Part shown: piece by piece, positions 34,887 to 45,000 of the stretch
Layout: each line of letters opens with the position of its first letter
How positions within the stretch are numbered: the first letter of the stretch is position 1
Notes under the pieces: model-generated
The model's input: only the letters and a program-made list of their open reading frames with translations
Told to the model about the DNA's origin: nothing
The model's database searches: none
Made by a program: the position numbers and the translations under genes
Source: Myxococcota bacterium
GTDB taxonomy: Bacteria > Myxococcota_A > UBA9160 > SMWR01
Assembly: GCA_035258825.1 (NCBI GenBank)
Contig: DATFWW010000173.1
Location: forward strand, 1 to 57,520
DNA length: 57,520 bases
Direction of reading: 5' to 3'

Positions 34887-35765
34887 TCACCGCGCGCGGC
34901 GCACCTCGAGCGCGACACCGCCCAGGATCGCGGCCGCGCCGAGCAGCGCGAGCGCGCCCGTGCGCTCGCCGAGGCCGATCGTGCTCGCGGCCAGGCCCAC
35001 GATTGGCTGAACGAAGATCAGCACGCCCATCGTGCCCGCGCGCGTGCGGTGCAGCGCCCAGTTCCACAGCCACGTGACGAGTGCGGTCGAGCTCGCCGCG
35101 AGCACGAACACCCAGATCAGCGCGGGCATCGCCCGCGCGGGATCGATCGACTCGGCGCCCGCGAGCAGCGCGAGCGGCGGCAGTGTTAGCACGACCGCTA
35201 ACAGCGAGACGCTGCCCTCGTCGTGCCGCTCGAGCAGCGATTTGGCGCCGAGCGTGTAGATCGCCCACGCGAGGTGGCCGGCCGCCATCAGCGCATCGCC
35301 GAACGCGTCGCCGAGGTCGGGGCGCAGCCCGTCCTGCAGCACCACGAGCGAGGCGCCGAGCGTGCCGAGCGCCACGCCGATCGCGCGTGCGCGTGGCAGG
35401 CCCTCGGAGAGCAGCAGCGCGCTGCCGAGCACGATCCCGATCGGCTCGAGTGGGGTGAGCAGCGCGTAGGCCACGGCGGTCGAGCGCTGGGCGCCCGTCG
35501 CGAGCAGCAGCTGCGGCAGCGCGAAGCCACCCCACGAGATCAGCAGCAGGAGACCGACGTCGCGCATCGTCCAGGGCGCGGTGCGGACCGGCGCGGCTCG
35601 GCGCCCGATCCGCGCGAGCCCGAACAGGAACACCGCCCCGATCGTCTGGCGCGTGAACACGAGCGTCCATGGCGGCAGCCCCGCGAGCGCGAGCTTGGTC
35701 CAGATGGCGGTGAGGCCGCCGAGCACCTGGGCGAGCAGGGCGGCGGCAAGCACGCGCGGCGGCAT
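34887..35765 (-). CDS. DMT-superfamily (EamA-like) transporter
   Basis: 292-aa ORF with about 10 TM helices and two EamA-like halves. Confidence 0.75.
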   Translation of the reverse strand: MPPRVLAAALLAQVLGGLTAIWTKLALAGLPPWTLVFTRQTIGAVFLFGLARIGRRAAPVRTAPWTMRDVGLLLLISWGGFALPQLLLATGAQRSTAVAYALLTPLEPIGIVLGSALLLSEGLPRARAIGVALGTLGASLVVLQDGLRPDLGDAFGDALMAAGHLAWAIYTLGAKSLLERHDEGSVSLLAVVLTLPPLALLAGAESIDPARAMPALIWVFVLAASSTALVTWLWNWALHRTRAGTMGVLIFVQPIVGLAASTIGLGERTGALALLGAAAILGGVALEVRRAR

Positions 35766-35788
35766 GGCGCGCGCACGTTAGCTCTGGG

Positions 35789-36133
35789 TCAGCGCACGTC
35801 GAGCAGCGCCTTCAGATCCGGCGGGATCTCCATTCGCGCGAAGAACCCCACGTTCGCGCCGCCCGTGTTGCCGCCGGGCGGAATGCCGAGCGCCGAGCCG
35901 ATCGCGGCGGCGGGCACGCGCACGAGCTGTCCGACGATCTCGCGTGGGTCGCGCCGCACGACGCCGATCCGCAGCATCGCGAGGTGCGTGCGCACGTGCG
36001 TCGCGACGTATTGCTGGCCCAGGATGTGCGCGCGCTCCAGGTGGTGGAACGCGCCGTCGAGGTCGCCCGAGCGCCGCAGCGCGTAGGCCGCCGCGAACTC
36101 GGACTCGAATGTGGCGCGCAGCTTGGGGCGCAT
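35789..36133 (-). CDS. DUF3703-like small protein
   Basis: ATG 36133: MRPKLRATFESEFAAAYALRRSGDLDGAFHHLERAHILGQQYVATHVRTHLAMLRIG.., recalled as the DUF3703 pattern. It begins 5 nt after the P450 stop. Confidence 0.55.
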   Translation of the reverse strand: MRPKLRATFESEFAAAYALRRSGDLDGAFHHLERAHILGQQYVATHVRTHLAMLRIGVVRRDPREIVGQLVRVPAAAIGSALGIPPGGNTGGANVGFFARMEIPPDLKALLDVR

Positions 36134-36138
36134 CGCGC

Positions 36139-37380
36139 TCAGGATAGACGAACTCGCAGATGCTCGGGACTGCGGAACGCCATGCCCGTGATGCGCGGGG
36201 GTCGAGAGCGCGGGTCGAGGCGCAGATCGGCGAACCGGTCGAGCAGCGCGTCGATCGCCACCGTCGCCTCGAGGATCGCGAGGCGCGAGCCCGCGCAGTA
36301 GTGGCGGCCGAGGCCGAACGCGAGGTGGGATTCGCCGCGCCGGTCGGCGTCGAAGCGGTCGGGGTCGGGGAACCGGGTCTCGTCGCGGTTGGCGGAGCCG
36401 ATGCCGAGCACGATCTCGCACCCGCGCGGAATCCGCGTGCCCGCGATCTCGACGTCGTCCACCGACATGCGCGAGACGATCTGGATCGGCGATTCCCAGC
36501 GCAGCGTCTCTTCGAGCAGCGCGGCGATCCGCCCGCGGTCGGCCCGCACCGAGCCGAGCAGTTCCGCATCGCGCAGGAGTGCGAACAGCGCGCTGCCGAG
36601 CAGATGATAGGTGGTCTCCGCGCCCGCGAGCACGAGCAGGAACAGGAAGCTGATCACCTCCGGGTCGGACAGATGCTCTCCCTCGACGCTCGCGCTGGCG
36701 AGCTCGCTGATCAGGTCGTTGTGCGGATGCGCGCGCTTCTCCGACACGAGCGGCGCCAGCGCGTCGGTCATCTGCTTCACCGCAGCGAATCCGCGCCCGG
36801 GATCGCAGGCAACCCGCGAGAGGTCGACCGCCCAGTCGTGGAACGTCTTCACGTTCTGCGGTGGGAGCCCGAGGATCTCCGTGAACACGCGCAGGGGATA
36901 CAGGTAGGTGAAGTCCGCGACGAGTTCGGCGGCACCGCGCGCGGCGAACGAGTCGATCACCGCATGCGCGATCGTATCGACGATCTTCGGGAACGCGCCG
37001 CGCAGCGCGCGTGGCGCGAGCGACGGCGTGATCAGGCCGCGGTGCTTGAGGTGCTCCCGGCCGTCCATCCCGATCAGCGTGCGGCCGATCACGATGCCGA
37101 TCCCGCGCTCGATGTTCGAGCGGCTCGAGTAGCGCTCGTGATCCCGCAGCACCGCGACCACGTCGTCGTAGCGCGACACGAAGAACGAGGTGTCGGGGAG
37201 GAACTCGATCACGGGCGTCTCGCGGCGCGCGCGCGCGTAGATCGGGTAGGGATTCTGGATCGGAGCCATCGGCCCGGCGTGGAACAGCTCGGGCACCGTG
37301 AACGGCTGGATCTCCGCGGCGGGTTCGATCGGCGGCGGCGGGAGAGCCGGGTCGAGAGCGACGGCGGCGGTGTCGTCCAT
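36139..37380 (-). CDS. Cytochrome P450
   Basis: ATG 37380 (MDDTAAVALDP..). I-helix LVLAGAETT, ETLRW, and heme loop FGLGRHYCAG. Confidence 0.9.
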   Translation of the reverse strand: MDDTAAVALDPALPPPPIEPAAEIQPFTVPELFHAGPMAPIQNPYPIYARARRETPVIEFLPDTSFFVSRYDDVVAVLRDHERYSSRSNIERGIGIVIGRTLIGMDGREHLKHRGLITPSLAPRALRGAFPKIVDTIAHAVIDSFAARGAAELVADFTYLYPLRVFTEILGLPPQNVKTFHDWAVDLSRVACDPGRGFAAVKQMTDALAPLVSEKRAHPHNDLISELASASVEGEHLSDPEVISFLFLLVLAGAETTYHLLGSALFALLRDAELLGSVRADRGRIAALLEETLRWESPIQIVSRMSVDDVEIAGTRIPRGCEIVLGIGSANRDETRFPDPDRFDADRRGESHLAFGLGRHYCAGSRLAILEATVAIDALLDRFADLRLDPRSRPPRITGMAFRSPEHLRVRLS

Positions 37381-37504
37381 AGGATCAGTGAATGAGAGCC
37401 GTGGAAGTGCTGTCAACGAAAATCGCAGCGGTGTTAGTGCGAAGCGGTAAGAAGGCAGTGCATCGCGCGCGCAGCGGATGTGCAACTCGTTCGCGAACCC
37501 CGCG

Positions 37505-39244
37505 TCATACGAGCCCGAGCTCCGCGAGCCGGGCGAACAGGGCGAGATCTCCCTCGATCGCGAGGCGCCGCGTGCTGAACGCCTCGGCACCCGACAGCTC
37601 GCCGTTCGCGATCCGCAGGTAGCTGGCCGCGTCGGCGCGGAGCGTGGCCCCGGCGTCGGCCCGTTCCGCTTCCGCGCGCTCGACGGTGAGCTGCCCACCG
37701 CGCACCGCGACGATCCACGTTCCGCCGCCCTCGCCCGAGAGTGCGTACTGCACGACGAGGTCGACGCCGTCCGCTTTCGCCGCGTCGAAGTGGCCGGCCA
37801 TCTTTGCGAATAGGTCGTCGATCGAGTCTGCGCGGCGCGCGGCGAGCCGCGCTGCGCGCTCCCGCTCGCTCGCGAGCACGTCGGCCTCCATCGCGGCGAT
37901 CGACTCGGCGAGGATCGCGACGATCGCGTCGGCGCACGCGCGGTCGATCGTGAGCGGCGGCGCCAGGCCCACCACCTCGGTGCCCATCGCGCGCACGTAG
38001 AGCCCGCGCTCCCAGGCCTCCGCCTCCACGCGCGCGCACGCCGAGTGCGGCCGCGAGAAGCCGCGTTTGGTCGCCTTGTCCGCGACCAGCTCGATGCCGA
38101 TCATCAGGCCCACGCCGCGAATCTCGCCGACCGAGTCGAAGCCGCTCAGCACATCGCGCAGGCGCGCGAGCAGATAGGCGCCGACGTCGGCGGCGTTCGC
38201 GGGCAGCCGCTCGCGCTCGATGATGACGAGGTTGGCGAGCGCGGCCGCGCAGCAGGTGGGGTGCCCCATGTAGGTGAAGCCGTGGCTGATCGGCATCTGG
38301 TCCGGCAGCTTCGCGCTGATCGTGCGGTAGATCTCTTCGGAGACGACCGACGCGCCGAGCGGCAGATATCCGCTCGTGATCCCCTTCGCGAGCGTGACCA
38401 CGTCGGGACGCACGCCGTAGCGCTCGAAGCCGAACATCGTCCCCGTGCGCCCGAACCCCGTGACGACCTCGTCGAGGATCAAGAGGATCCCGTGGCGGTC
38501 GCAGATGTCGCGGATGCGCGTGAAGTAGTCGTCGGGAGGCGGGATGATGCCGCCCGCGCCGAACACGGGCTCGGCGATGAACGCGGCGATCGTGTCGGCA
38601 CCTTCTCGCTCGACGAGGCGCTCGAGATCGTCGGCACATGCGAGCCGGCAGCTAGGGTACGTCTTGCCGAGCTCGCACTTGTAGCAGTAGGGCGCCGCGA
38701 CGTGAGCGAAGCCGGGCGCCTCGGGGCCGAAGTTCCAGCGCATCGGCATGATGCCGGTAGCCGTCATCGTGGCGATCGTGAGCCCGTGATAGGCGTGGTG
38801 GCGCGCGACGATCTTGGTGCGGCGCTCCTCGCCGCGCATCGCGCGGTACAGCCGCACGAGCTTGATGCTGGTCTCGTTCGCCTCCGAGCCCCCCGACGAG
38901 AACATCACATAGGAGAGGCCGTACTCGGGCGGGAACATCGCGCACAGCTTCTCGGCCAGCTCGATCGCACGCGGATGCGACTGGCCGTGGAAGGTCGTGG
39001 AGTACTCGAGCGTCTCCATCTGCTCGCGCACGGCCGCGGCGATCTCGCGGCGGCCGTGCCCGACCGCCGTGCACCAAAGCCCGGCGAATCCGTCGATCAG
39101 GCGCCGGCCGCGGTCGTCGGTGATCCACCAGCCGTCGCCCGCGACCACCACGCGCGCGCCGTCGCGCTCCATCTCGCGCGGCGGCGTGAGCGGATGGATC
39201 AGGTGGGCAGCGTCACGCGCGGCGAGGTCGGTCTTCTCGTGCAT
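37505..39244 (-). CDS. Class III (omega) aminotransferase fused to a C-terminal SCP2 sterol/lipid-carrier domain
   Basis: ATG 39244 (MHEKTDLAARDAAHLIHP..). SSGGSEANE, LILDEVVTGFGRTG and TLAKGITSG (PLP Lys). The last ~105 aa, DDLFAKMAGHFDAAKADGVDLVVQYALSGEGGGTWIVAVRGGQL..GELSGAEAFSTRRLAIEGDLALFARL, form an SCP2 pattern. Confidence 0.8.
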   Translation of the reverse strand: MHEKTDLAARDAAHLIHPLTPPREMERDGARVVVAGDGWWITDDRGRRLIDGFAGLWCTAVGHGRREIAAAVREQMETLEYSTTFHGQSHPRAIELAEKLCAMFPPEYGLSYVMFSSGGSEANETSIKLVRLYRAMRGEERRTKIVARHHAYHGLTIATMTATGIMPMRWNFGPEAPGFAHVAAPYCYKCELGKTYPSCRLACADDLERLVEREGADTIAAFIAEPVFGAGGIIPPPDDYFTRIRDICDRHGILLILDEVVTGFGRTGTMFGFERYGVRPDVVTLAKGITSGYLPLGASVVSEEIYRTISAKLPDQMPISHGFTYMGHPTCCAAALANLVIIERERLPANAADVGAYLLARLRDVLSGFDSVGEIRGVGLMIGIELVADKATKRGFSRPHSACARVEAEAWERGLYVRAMGTEVVGLAPPLTIDRACADAIVAILAESIAAMEADVLASERERAARLAARRADSIDDLFAKMAGHFDAAKADGVDLVVQYALSGEGGGTWIVAVRGGQLTVERAEAERADAGATLRADAASYLRIANGELSGAEAFSTRRLAIEGDLALFARLAELGLV

Positions 39245-39245
39245 C

Positions 39246-40061
39246 TCAGCGGCGTCCCCTCTTCGCCCGCGCGTCGATCGTGCTGCGCCGCACGGCGCGC
39301 CGCATGAACCCGGGTGCAAACGCCTGGATGACGTAGGCCGGTGAAATTCCGCCCGGGTAGGTGATCTCGTGCTTGCCCTTGGCGAGCGCGTCGATCATCG
39401 CGTCGACGAGCCCTTCGACCTCCACCATGCCCTTCTTCGCGGCCGGCGGCATGCGCGACAGGGCCTCCTCGTCGAAGAACGGCGTGCGGATCACGCCCGG
39501 GCACACGGTGAGCACGTGTACGCCGGCGTCTTCGACCTCGATCGACAGCGACCCCGCGAGCCCGACCATGGCGAACTTGGTGGCTGCGTACGCTGACTCC
39601 TCGGGCGGCGCGATCTTGCCCGCCACCGACGCGACGAACACGACCCAGCCGCGGCGCTGCTCGACCATCGACGGCAGCAGCGCCTTCGTGAAGTACACGG
39701 AGCCGAGATAGTTCACGCGCATCATCCGCTCGATGTCTTCGAGCGACCACTCGAGGAAGGTGCGGTGATGCCCGTAGCCCGCGTTGTTCACGAGCAGGTC
39801 GATGCCGCCCCACACCTCGCGCGTGCGCATGGCGGTGTCCGCCACCTGCTTGGCCTCGGCCACGTCGCAGGGCAGCACCATGGTCTCGCCGCCGCCGACG
39901 CGGATCTCTGCCGCGAGTCGCTCGAGCTCGTCCGCGCGCCGCGCGACCAGCGCCACGCGCGCGCCCTCGCGCGCGAGGCGCAGCGCGAGCGCGCGGCCGA
40001 TCCCGCTCGATGCGCCGGTCACGAGCGCCCGCAGCCCCTTGTACGAGCGCAGCTGGGTCAT
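39246..40061 (-). CDS. Short-chain dehydrogenase/reductase (SDR)
   Basis: 271-aa ORF with LVTGASSGIGRA, NNAG and YAATKFA. There is a 1-nt gap to the downstream aminotransferase. Confidence 0.85.
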   Translation of the reverse strand: MTQLRSYKGLRALVTGASSGIGRALALRLAREGARVALVARRADELERLAAEIRVGGGETMVLPCDVAEAKQVADTAMRTREVWGGIDLLVNNAGYGHHRTFLEWSLEDIERMMRVNYLGSVYFTKALLPSMVEQRRGWVVFVASVAGKIAPPEESAYAATKFAMVGLAGSLSIEVEDAGVHVLTVCPGVIRTPFFDEEALSRMPPAAKKGMVEVEGLVDAMIDALAKGKHEITYPGGISPAYVIQAFAPGFMRRAVRRSTIDARAKRGRR

Positions 40062-40711
40062 CGGCCGGCCTCCACCAACGCGAGGATCACCGACTGGAGA
40101 TGCTGCTTGGTGCGCTCGCGGATGCGCGGATCGGACAGGTCCTTGCCGAACAGCTTCCTGTAATGCGCGGTCGAAAGGATGTGGTGGTGCAGGATGCCCT
40201 CCACGGTGATCAACAGGAGCCCGAGGTCGTGCTTCATGGCGCCGAGCTTCTGGTCGGCCATCGACCGGTCGATGAACTGCACCCAGCTCTGCTCCTGGAG
40301 CGAGACGCCCTTCGCGAGCCCCTCGCCGAGTGCGGCGCGCACCGTCAGTGTCACCCAGCTGCGCTTCTCGAGGAAGAAGTCGAACAGCTCGTCGACCACC
40401 TTCTCCACGATCGTCGCAAGGTCGCTCTGGCCCGCCACCACCGCGCCCACGCGCGCGAGGATCTCGTCGTCCCAGCGCGACAACACCGCCTGGTAGAGGC
40501 CCGGCTTCGAGCCGAAATGGTGCTGGATCGTGAACGGGCGCACGCCGCAGGCGCGCGACAGCTCGCGCACCGAGACGCCGCGGTAGCCGCGGCGGGCGAA
40601 CAGGATCTCCGCGCGGTCGAGGATCCGCGTGCGCGTGCGCTCGGCCTCCGCCTGCGAGCGCCGGCCCGCGGCGCGTGCGGCCGAATTCCGATTGCGTTTC
40701 TTATTGGCCAC
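40058..40711 (-). CDS. TetR/AcrR-family transcriptional regulator
   Basis: GTG 40711 (VANKKRNRNSAARAAGRR..). HTH region ILDRAEILFARRGYRGVSVRELSRACGVRPFTIQHHFGSKPGLY. ATGA overlap with the SDR start. Confidence 0.8.
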   Translation of the reverse strand: MANKKRNRNSAARAAGRRSQAEAERTRTRILDRAEILFARRGYRGVSVRELSRACGVRPFTIQHHFGSKPGLYQAVLSRWDDEILARVGAVVAGQSDLATIVEKVVDELFDFFLEKRSWVTLTVRAALGEGLAKGVSLQEQSWVQFIDRSMADQKLGAMKHDLGLLLITVEGILHHHILSTAHYRKLFGKDLSDPRIRERTKQHLQSVILALVEAGR

Positions 40712-40792
40712 GTGTACAGTAAAACACCGCGCGCCTTCCGAGTCAACGCGCATCGCTTCGAACCCCGATCGAACCCCCAGTCCGGAGACCGA

Positions 40793-42043
40793 ATGCGCGC
40801 GCTCGTGATCGGCAACGACATGCCGCGGCTCGCCGCCACGAGACTGCTTGGCGCGATCACACCGCGCGCGTTCGTCGGCCCGTTCGCGCCGGTCCAGCTG
40901 CGCGAGATCCCGGCACCGGTACTGCCCGCGCCCGACTGGGCGGTCGCGCGCACGCTTCTCTGCGGGCTGTGCGGCAGCGATTACAAGCAGGTTTTCATGA
41001 ATGGCGCGTTCGACAACCCGATGACCGCGATGATCTCGTGGCCGCAGGTGCTCGGGCACGAGGTGGTCGGCGTGATCGACGAGGTCGGCGCGGGCGTGGA
41101 GCGGCGCAGCATCGGCGAGCGCGTGGTGCTTAACCCGTGGCTGTCGTGCGCCACGCGCGGCCTGCCGCTGTGCAACTGGTGCGAGGAGGGCGACTACGCG
41201 CAGTGCCTGAATTTCGGGCGCGGCCACGCGGCGCGCGGCATCCACACCGGGAACAGCGCGACCGCCACGGGCGGCTTCGCGCCCCGTGTGCCCGCCCACG
41301 AATCGCAGTGGCTCGCGATCCCCGACGCGGTCGGCGACGACGCCGCGGTGCTCGCCGATCCGTTCTCCGTGTCGCTGCACGCCATCCTGCGCACGCCGCC
41401 GCCGCCCGGCGGCACCGCGCTCGTGTACGGCGCGGGCACGCTCGGCCTGCTCGCGATGGCGATCCTGCGCGCGATCCACCCGCACGTGCGCGTGGTCGCG
41501 GTGGCGCGCTTCGATCACCAGGCACGGCTCGCGGAGAAGTTCGGCGCGGAGCGCGTGCTGCCGCACCGGCCCGCGCGCTCGGTGATCGAGTCGATCGCGG
41601 AGCTGTGCGGCGCAGAGATCGCGCGGCCGTGGCGCGGCCTGCCGATGCTGCTCGGCGGCGCGGACGTAATCTACGACACCGTGTCGTCGCCCGAGACGCT
41701 CGAGGTCGGGCTGCGGATCGCAAACATACGCGGGAGCATCGTGGCGCTCGGCGTCGAGCCGCCGCGCCGCTTCGAGTGGACGCCGCTCTACTTCAAGGAG
41801 CTCTCGATCGTCGGCTCGAACGGCTTCGGGATCGAGGAATACGACAATCGCCGCCAGCACGCGATGGAGTGGTACTTCGAGTTCCTGCGCGCGAAGCAGA
41901 TCGACGTCAAGCCGATCATCACCCACCGCTTCCCGCTCGGGCGCTACCGCGACGCGTTCATGACCTGCTATGCGCAGGGGGAACACGGGGCGGTCAAGGT
42001 ATTGTTCGACCGATTCAGCGACGACGAGGAGAGTACGAGATGA
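40793..42043 (+). CDS. Zn-dependent medium-chain dehydrogenase/reductase (MDR)
   Basis: ATG 40793 (MRALVIGNDMPRL..) with CGLCGSDYK, GHEVVGVIDEVG and YGAGTLGLLA. Confidence 0.8.
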   Translation: MRALVIGNDMPRLAATRLLGAITPRAFVGPFAPVQLREIPAPVLPAPDWAVARTLLCGLCGSDYKQVFMNGAFDNPMTAMISWPQVLGHEVVGVIDEVGAGVERRSIGERVVLNPWLSCATRGLPLCNWCEEGDYAQCLNFGRGHAARGIHTGNSATATGGFAPRVPAHESQWLAIPDAVGDDAAVLADPFSVSLHAILRTPPPPGGTALVYGAGTLGLLAMAILRAIHPHVRVVAVARFDHQARLAEKFGAERVLPHRPARSVIESIAELCGAEIARPWRGLPMLLGGADVIYDTVSSPETLEVGLRIANIRGSIVALGVEPPRRFEWTPLYFKELSIVGSNGFGIEEYDNRRQHAMEWYFEFLRAKQIDVKPIITHRFPLGRYRDAFMTCYAQGEHGAVKVLFDRFSDDEESTR

Positions 42044-45000
42044 GCCGGCTGCTCTTGGGAATCGATCTCGGAGGCGGCAGCGTCCGCTGCGTGCTGCTGG
42101 ACGCCGAGACGGCCGTGGTCTGGGAGTCTGCGCTCGCGATCGGCTCGCACCCCGCTGAGGCCGGCGGCGGGCTCGGCTACGACCTCGCCACCGACGCGCT
42201 CTGGGAGAGCGTCGGGCTCGCCGCGCGCGGCGCGCTCGCGCGCGCGGGTGCCGTGCCGGAAGACGTGGCCGGCGTGGCGGTCACCGCGATGCGCTTCGCG
42301 TCGGTGCTGCTCGACGCCGCGGGCGAGGTGCTGTTCGCGGTGCCGAACCGCGACGCGCGCTCGATCGGCGAGGCGATGCGGATCGCCGCGGAGCGCGGGG
42401 ACGCGGTGCTCGCCGCGACCGGGATGTGGCCGCTGCCGATCCACGCGTCGGCGCGCCTCGCGTGGCTGCGCAGCGCGCGGCCCGAGCTGTTCGATCGCGC
42501 CGCCACCCTGCTCTCGCTCTCCGACTGGCTGAACTATCGCCTGTGCGGGGACCGGATCACCGACTACTCGCAGGCGGGCTGCACGGGCTTGTTCGACCTG
42601 GGGCGGCGCGAGTGGAGCGCAGACCTGATCGACGCGATCGGCCTCCCGCGCGCGATCTTTCCGGAGGCGCGCCCGTCGGGCGAGCGGATCGGCGAGCTCG
42701 ACGCGCGCGCGGCGCAGCATCTCGGGCTCGCGGCCGGAACGCCCGTCTCGCTCGGCGGAGGCGACACGCGCTGCGGGCTGCTCGGTGCGGGCGCGGTCGC
42801 GGACGGCGACGTCGGCCTCGTCGCGGGCACCACCGCGCCGCTCGAGCGCGTGCTCTCCGAGCCCGTGATCGACGCCGAGGGCCGCCTGCGCAGCGGACAC
42901 CACGCAATGCCGGGGTGTTTCGTGCTCGAGGCGAACGTCGGCCCGGTGGGCGAGGGCCTCGCGTGGCTCGCGCGGCTGCTGCACCCGGACGACGCGCGTC
43001 CCGAGGAGCGCTTCAGCGCGGAGGCGTCGACCGCCGCGGTGGGCTCCGCCGCGATGCTCGCGAACATCGGCGCGCTGATCGCCAACGATCGTCAGCCCGC
43101 CTTCCCCGTCGCCTCGTTCGCGCTCTCGCACATGACGGGCACGCAGGGCCGCGCCGCGCGCGCGAGCCTCGCCCGCTCGGCGCTCGAGGGCACGGCGTGC
43201 GCCGTGCGCGCGAACCTCGAGCAGCTCGCCCGCGTGCTCGGCAGCGGCGCCGAGCGCGTGCACCTCGCGGGCGGGCTCTCGCGCAGCGCGCTGTTCGCGC
43301 GGATCCTCGCGGGCGTCACGGGCTGCGAGGTGGTGCGCGCAGCGGCGCCCGAAGCCACCGGGCTCGGCGCGGCGCTGTGCGCGGGCGTCGGCGCAGGTGT
43401 GTACGGCGACGTGCTCGAGGCGGCGCGCAAGGGCGTGCGCGCGGGCGAGGTGGTGGAGCCCGTCGCCGGCGAGGCCGCTGCGTACGAGCAGCTCTATCGC
43501 GACTGGAGCGAGCTGCGCGCTGCGGGTGAGCAGTCCACCGCGCCGATCGCGATGCGCCACACGGTCCCGGTTGCACTCGCGGCCGCGCAGCGCACGGGCC
43601 GCCGCGCGTCGCCAGCGCACCGGCCCAAGGCACTCGTCACGGCGGCGTTCGACGATGCGTCGATCGCGAAGCTGCGCGGCTTCGCCGACGTGGAGTACGC
43701 GAGCTTCCGCGACCGCATGCAGCTGCTCACGGGGCCGAGCCTCGTGAAAGCGCTCGAGGGCTGCGAGGTGCTCGTCACCGAGGTGGACGTCGTCGATGCG
43801 AAGGCGCTCGAGAAGCTCCCGAATCTGCGCGTGGTAGCGGCGTGCCGCGGCGACGCCGTGAACGTGGACGTCGCGGCGTGTACCGCGTTCGGCATCCCCG
43901 TGCTGTTCGCGCCCGGCCGCAACGCCGACGCGGTCGCCGATCTCACCGTCGCGTTCCTGCTCAACCTCGCCCGGCGCCTGCCCGCCGCGACCCGGTTCCT
44001 GGCCGACCCCGCCATCACCGCGGGCAACCTCGCTGCGATGGGCAAGGCGTTCCGCGGCCTGCAGGGCTACGAGCTCTGGTCGAAGACGGTCGGCCTCGTC
44101 GGCCTCGGCTCGGTCGGGCGCGCGGTGGCGCGCCGGCTCTCGGGCTTCGGCGTGCGCCTGCTGGTGGCGGATCCGTTCGTGTCCGTCGAGCAGGCCGTGC
44201 TCGCGGGCGCCGAGAAGGTCGAGCTCGCAGAGCTCTTGCGCGAGAGCGACTTCGTGAGTCTGCACGCAGCGGTCACCGACGCGACGCGCGGCCTGCTCGG
44301 CGCGGACGAGTTCGCCGCGATGAAGCCGGGCGCATACCTGATCAACACCGCACGCGCGGCGCTCCTCGACGAAGCCGCGCTCGTCGCCGCGCTCGACTCG
44401 GGCCATCTCGCGGGCGCGGCGCTCGACACGTTCGCCGTGGAGCCGCCCGGCGCCGACCATCCGCTCGTGCGCCACGGCAGCGTGATCCACACGCCGCACG
44501 TCGGCGGCAACACGAACGAGGTCGCGGCGCATCAGGGCCGGATCATCGCCGACGGACTCGAGCAGCTGCTGTGCGGGGAGGCGCCGCGCTGCATCCTCAA
44601 TCCCGAGACGCTCGCGGGCTTCTCGTGGACGGGTCCGCGCCGCGTGCCGACCGCCGACGAGCTCGCCGCGCTCGCCCGGCGCGCAGGCCCCGCGGTGTCC
44701 GACCTCCAGCGCGACGCGCAGGCCGAGGCGCAGCAGGAGAAGCTCGACGAGAGCGCGGCACCCGCCGAGATCGTGGCGGCGATGAAGCGGATCCTCGAGG
44801 CGTTCACGGCCGCCATGGCGAAGGACGACCGCGTGCGCGAGTTCAGCGCCGACAAGGACGTCGCGCTCTACTTCGTGCTGCCCGACGTGGGACTCGACCT
44901 CCACATCGCGCTGCGCGAAGGGAACGTCGCGGGCGGGCTCGGCAAGCCGGACGGCGGGTCGGTGGTCCAGTTGCGCATGCGCGCGGCGATCCTCGACGGG

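Noticed and set aside
40709-40730. Possible TetR operator palindrome in the TetR/MDR divergent region (gtgtacagtaaaacac).
   Set aside because: Only the 6-bp tgtaca and 4-bp outer arms are self-complementary. That is too weak to call a site without comparative or binding data.
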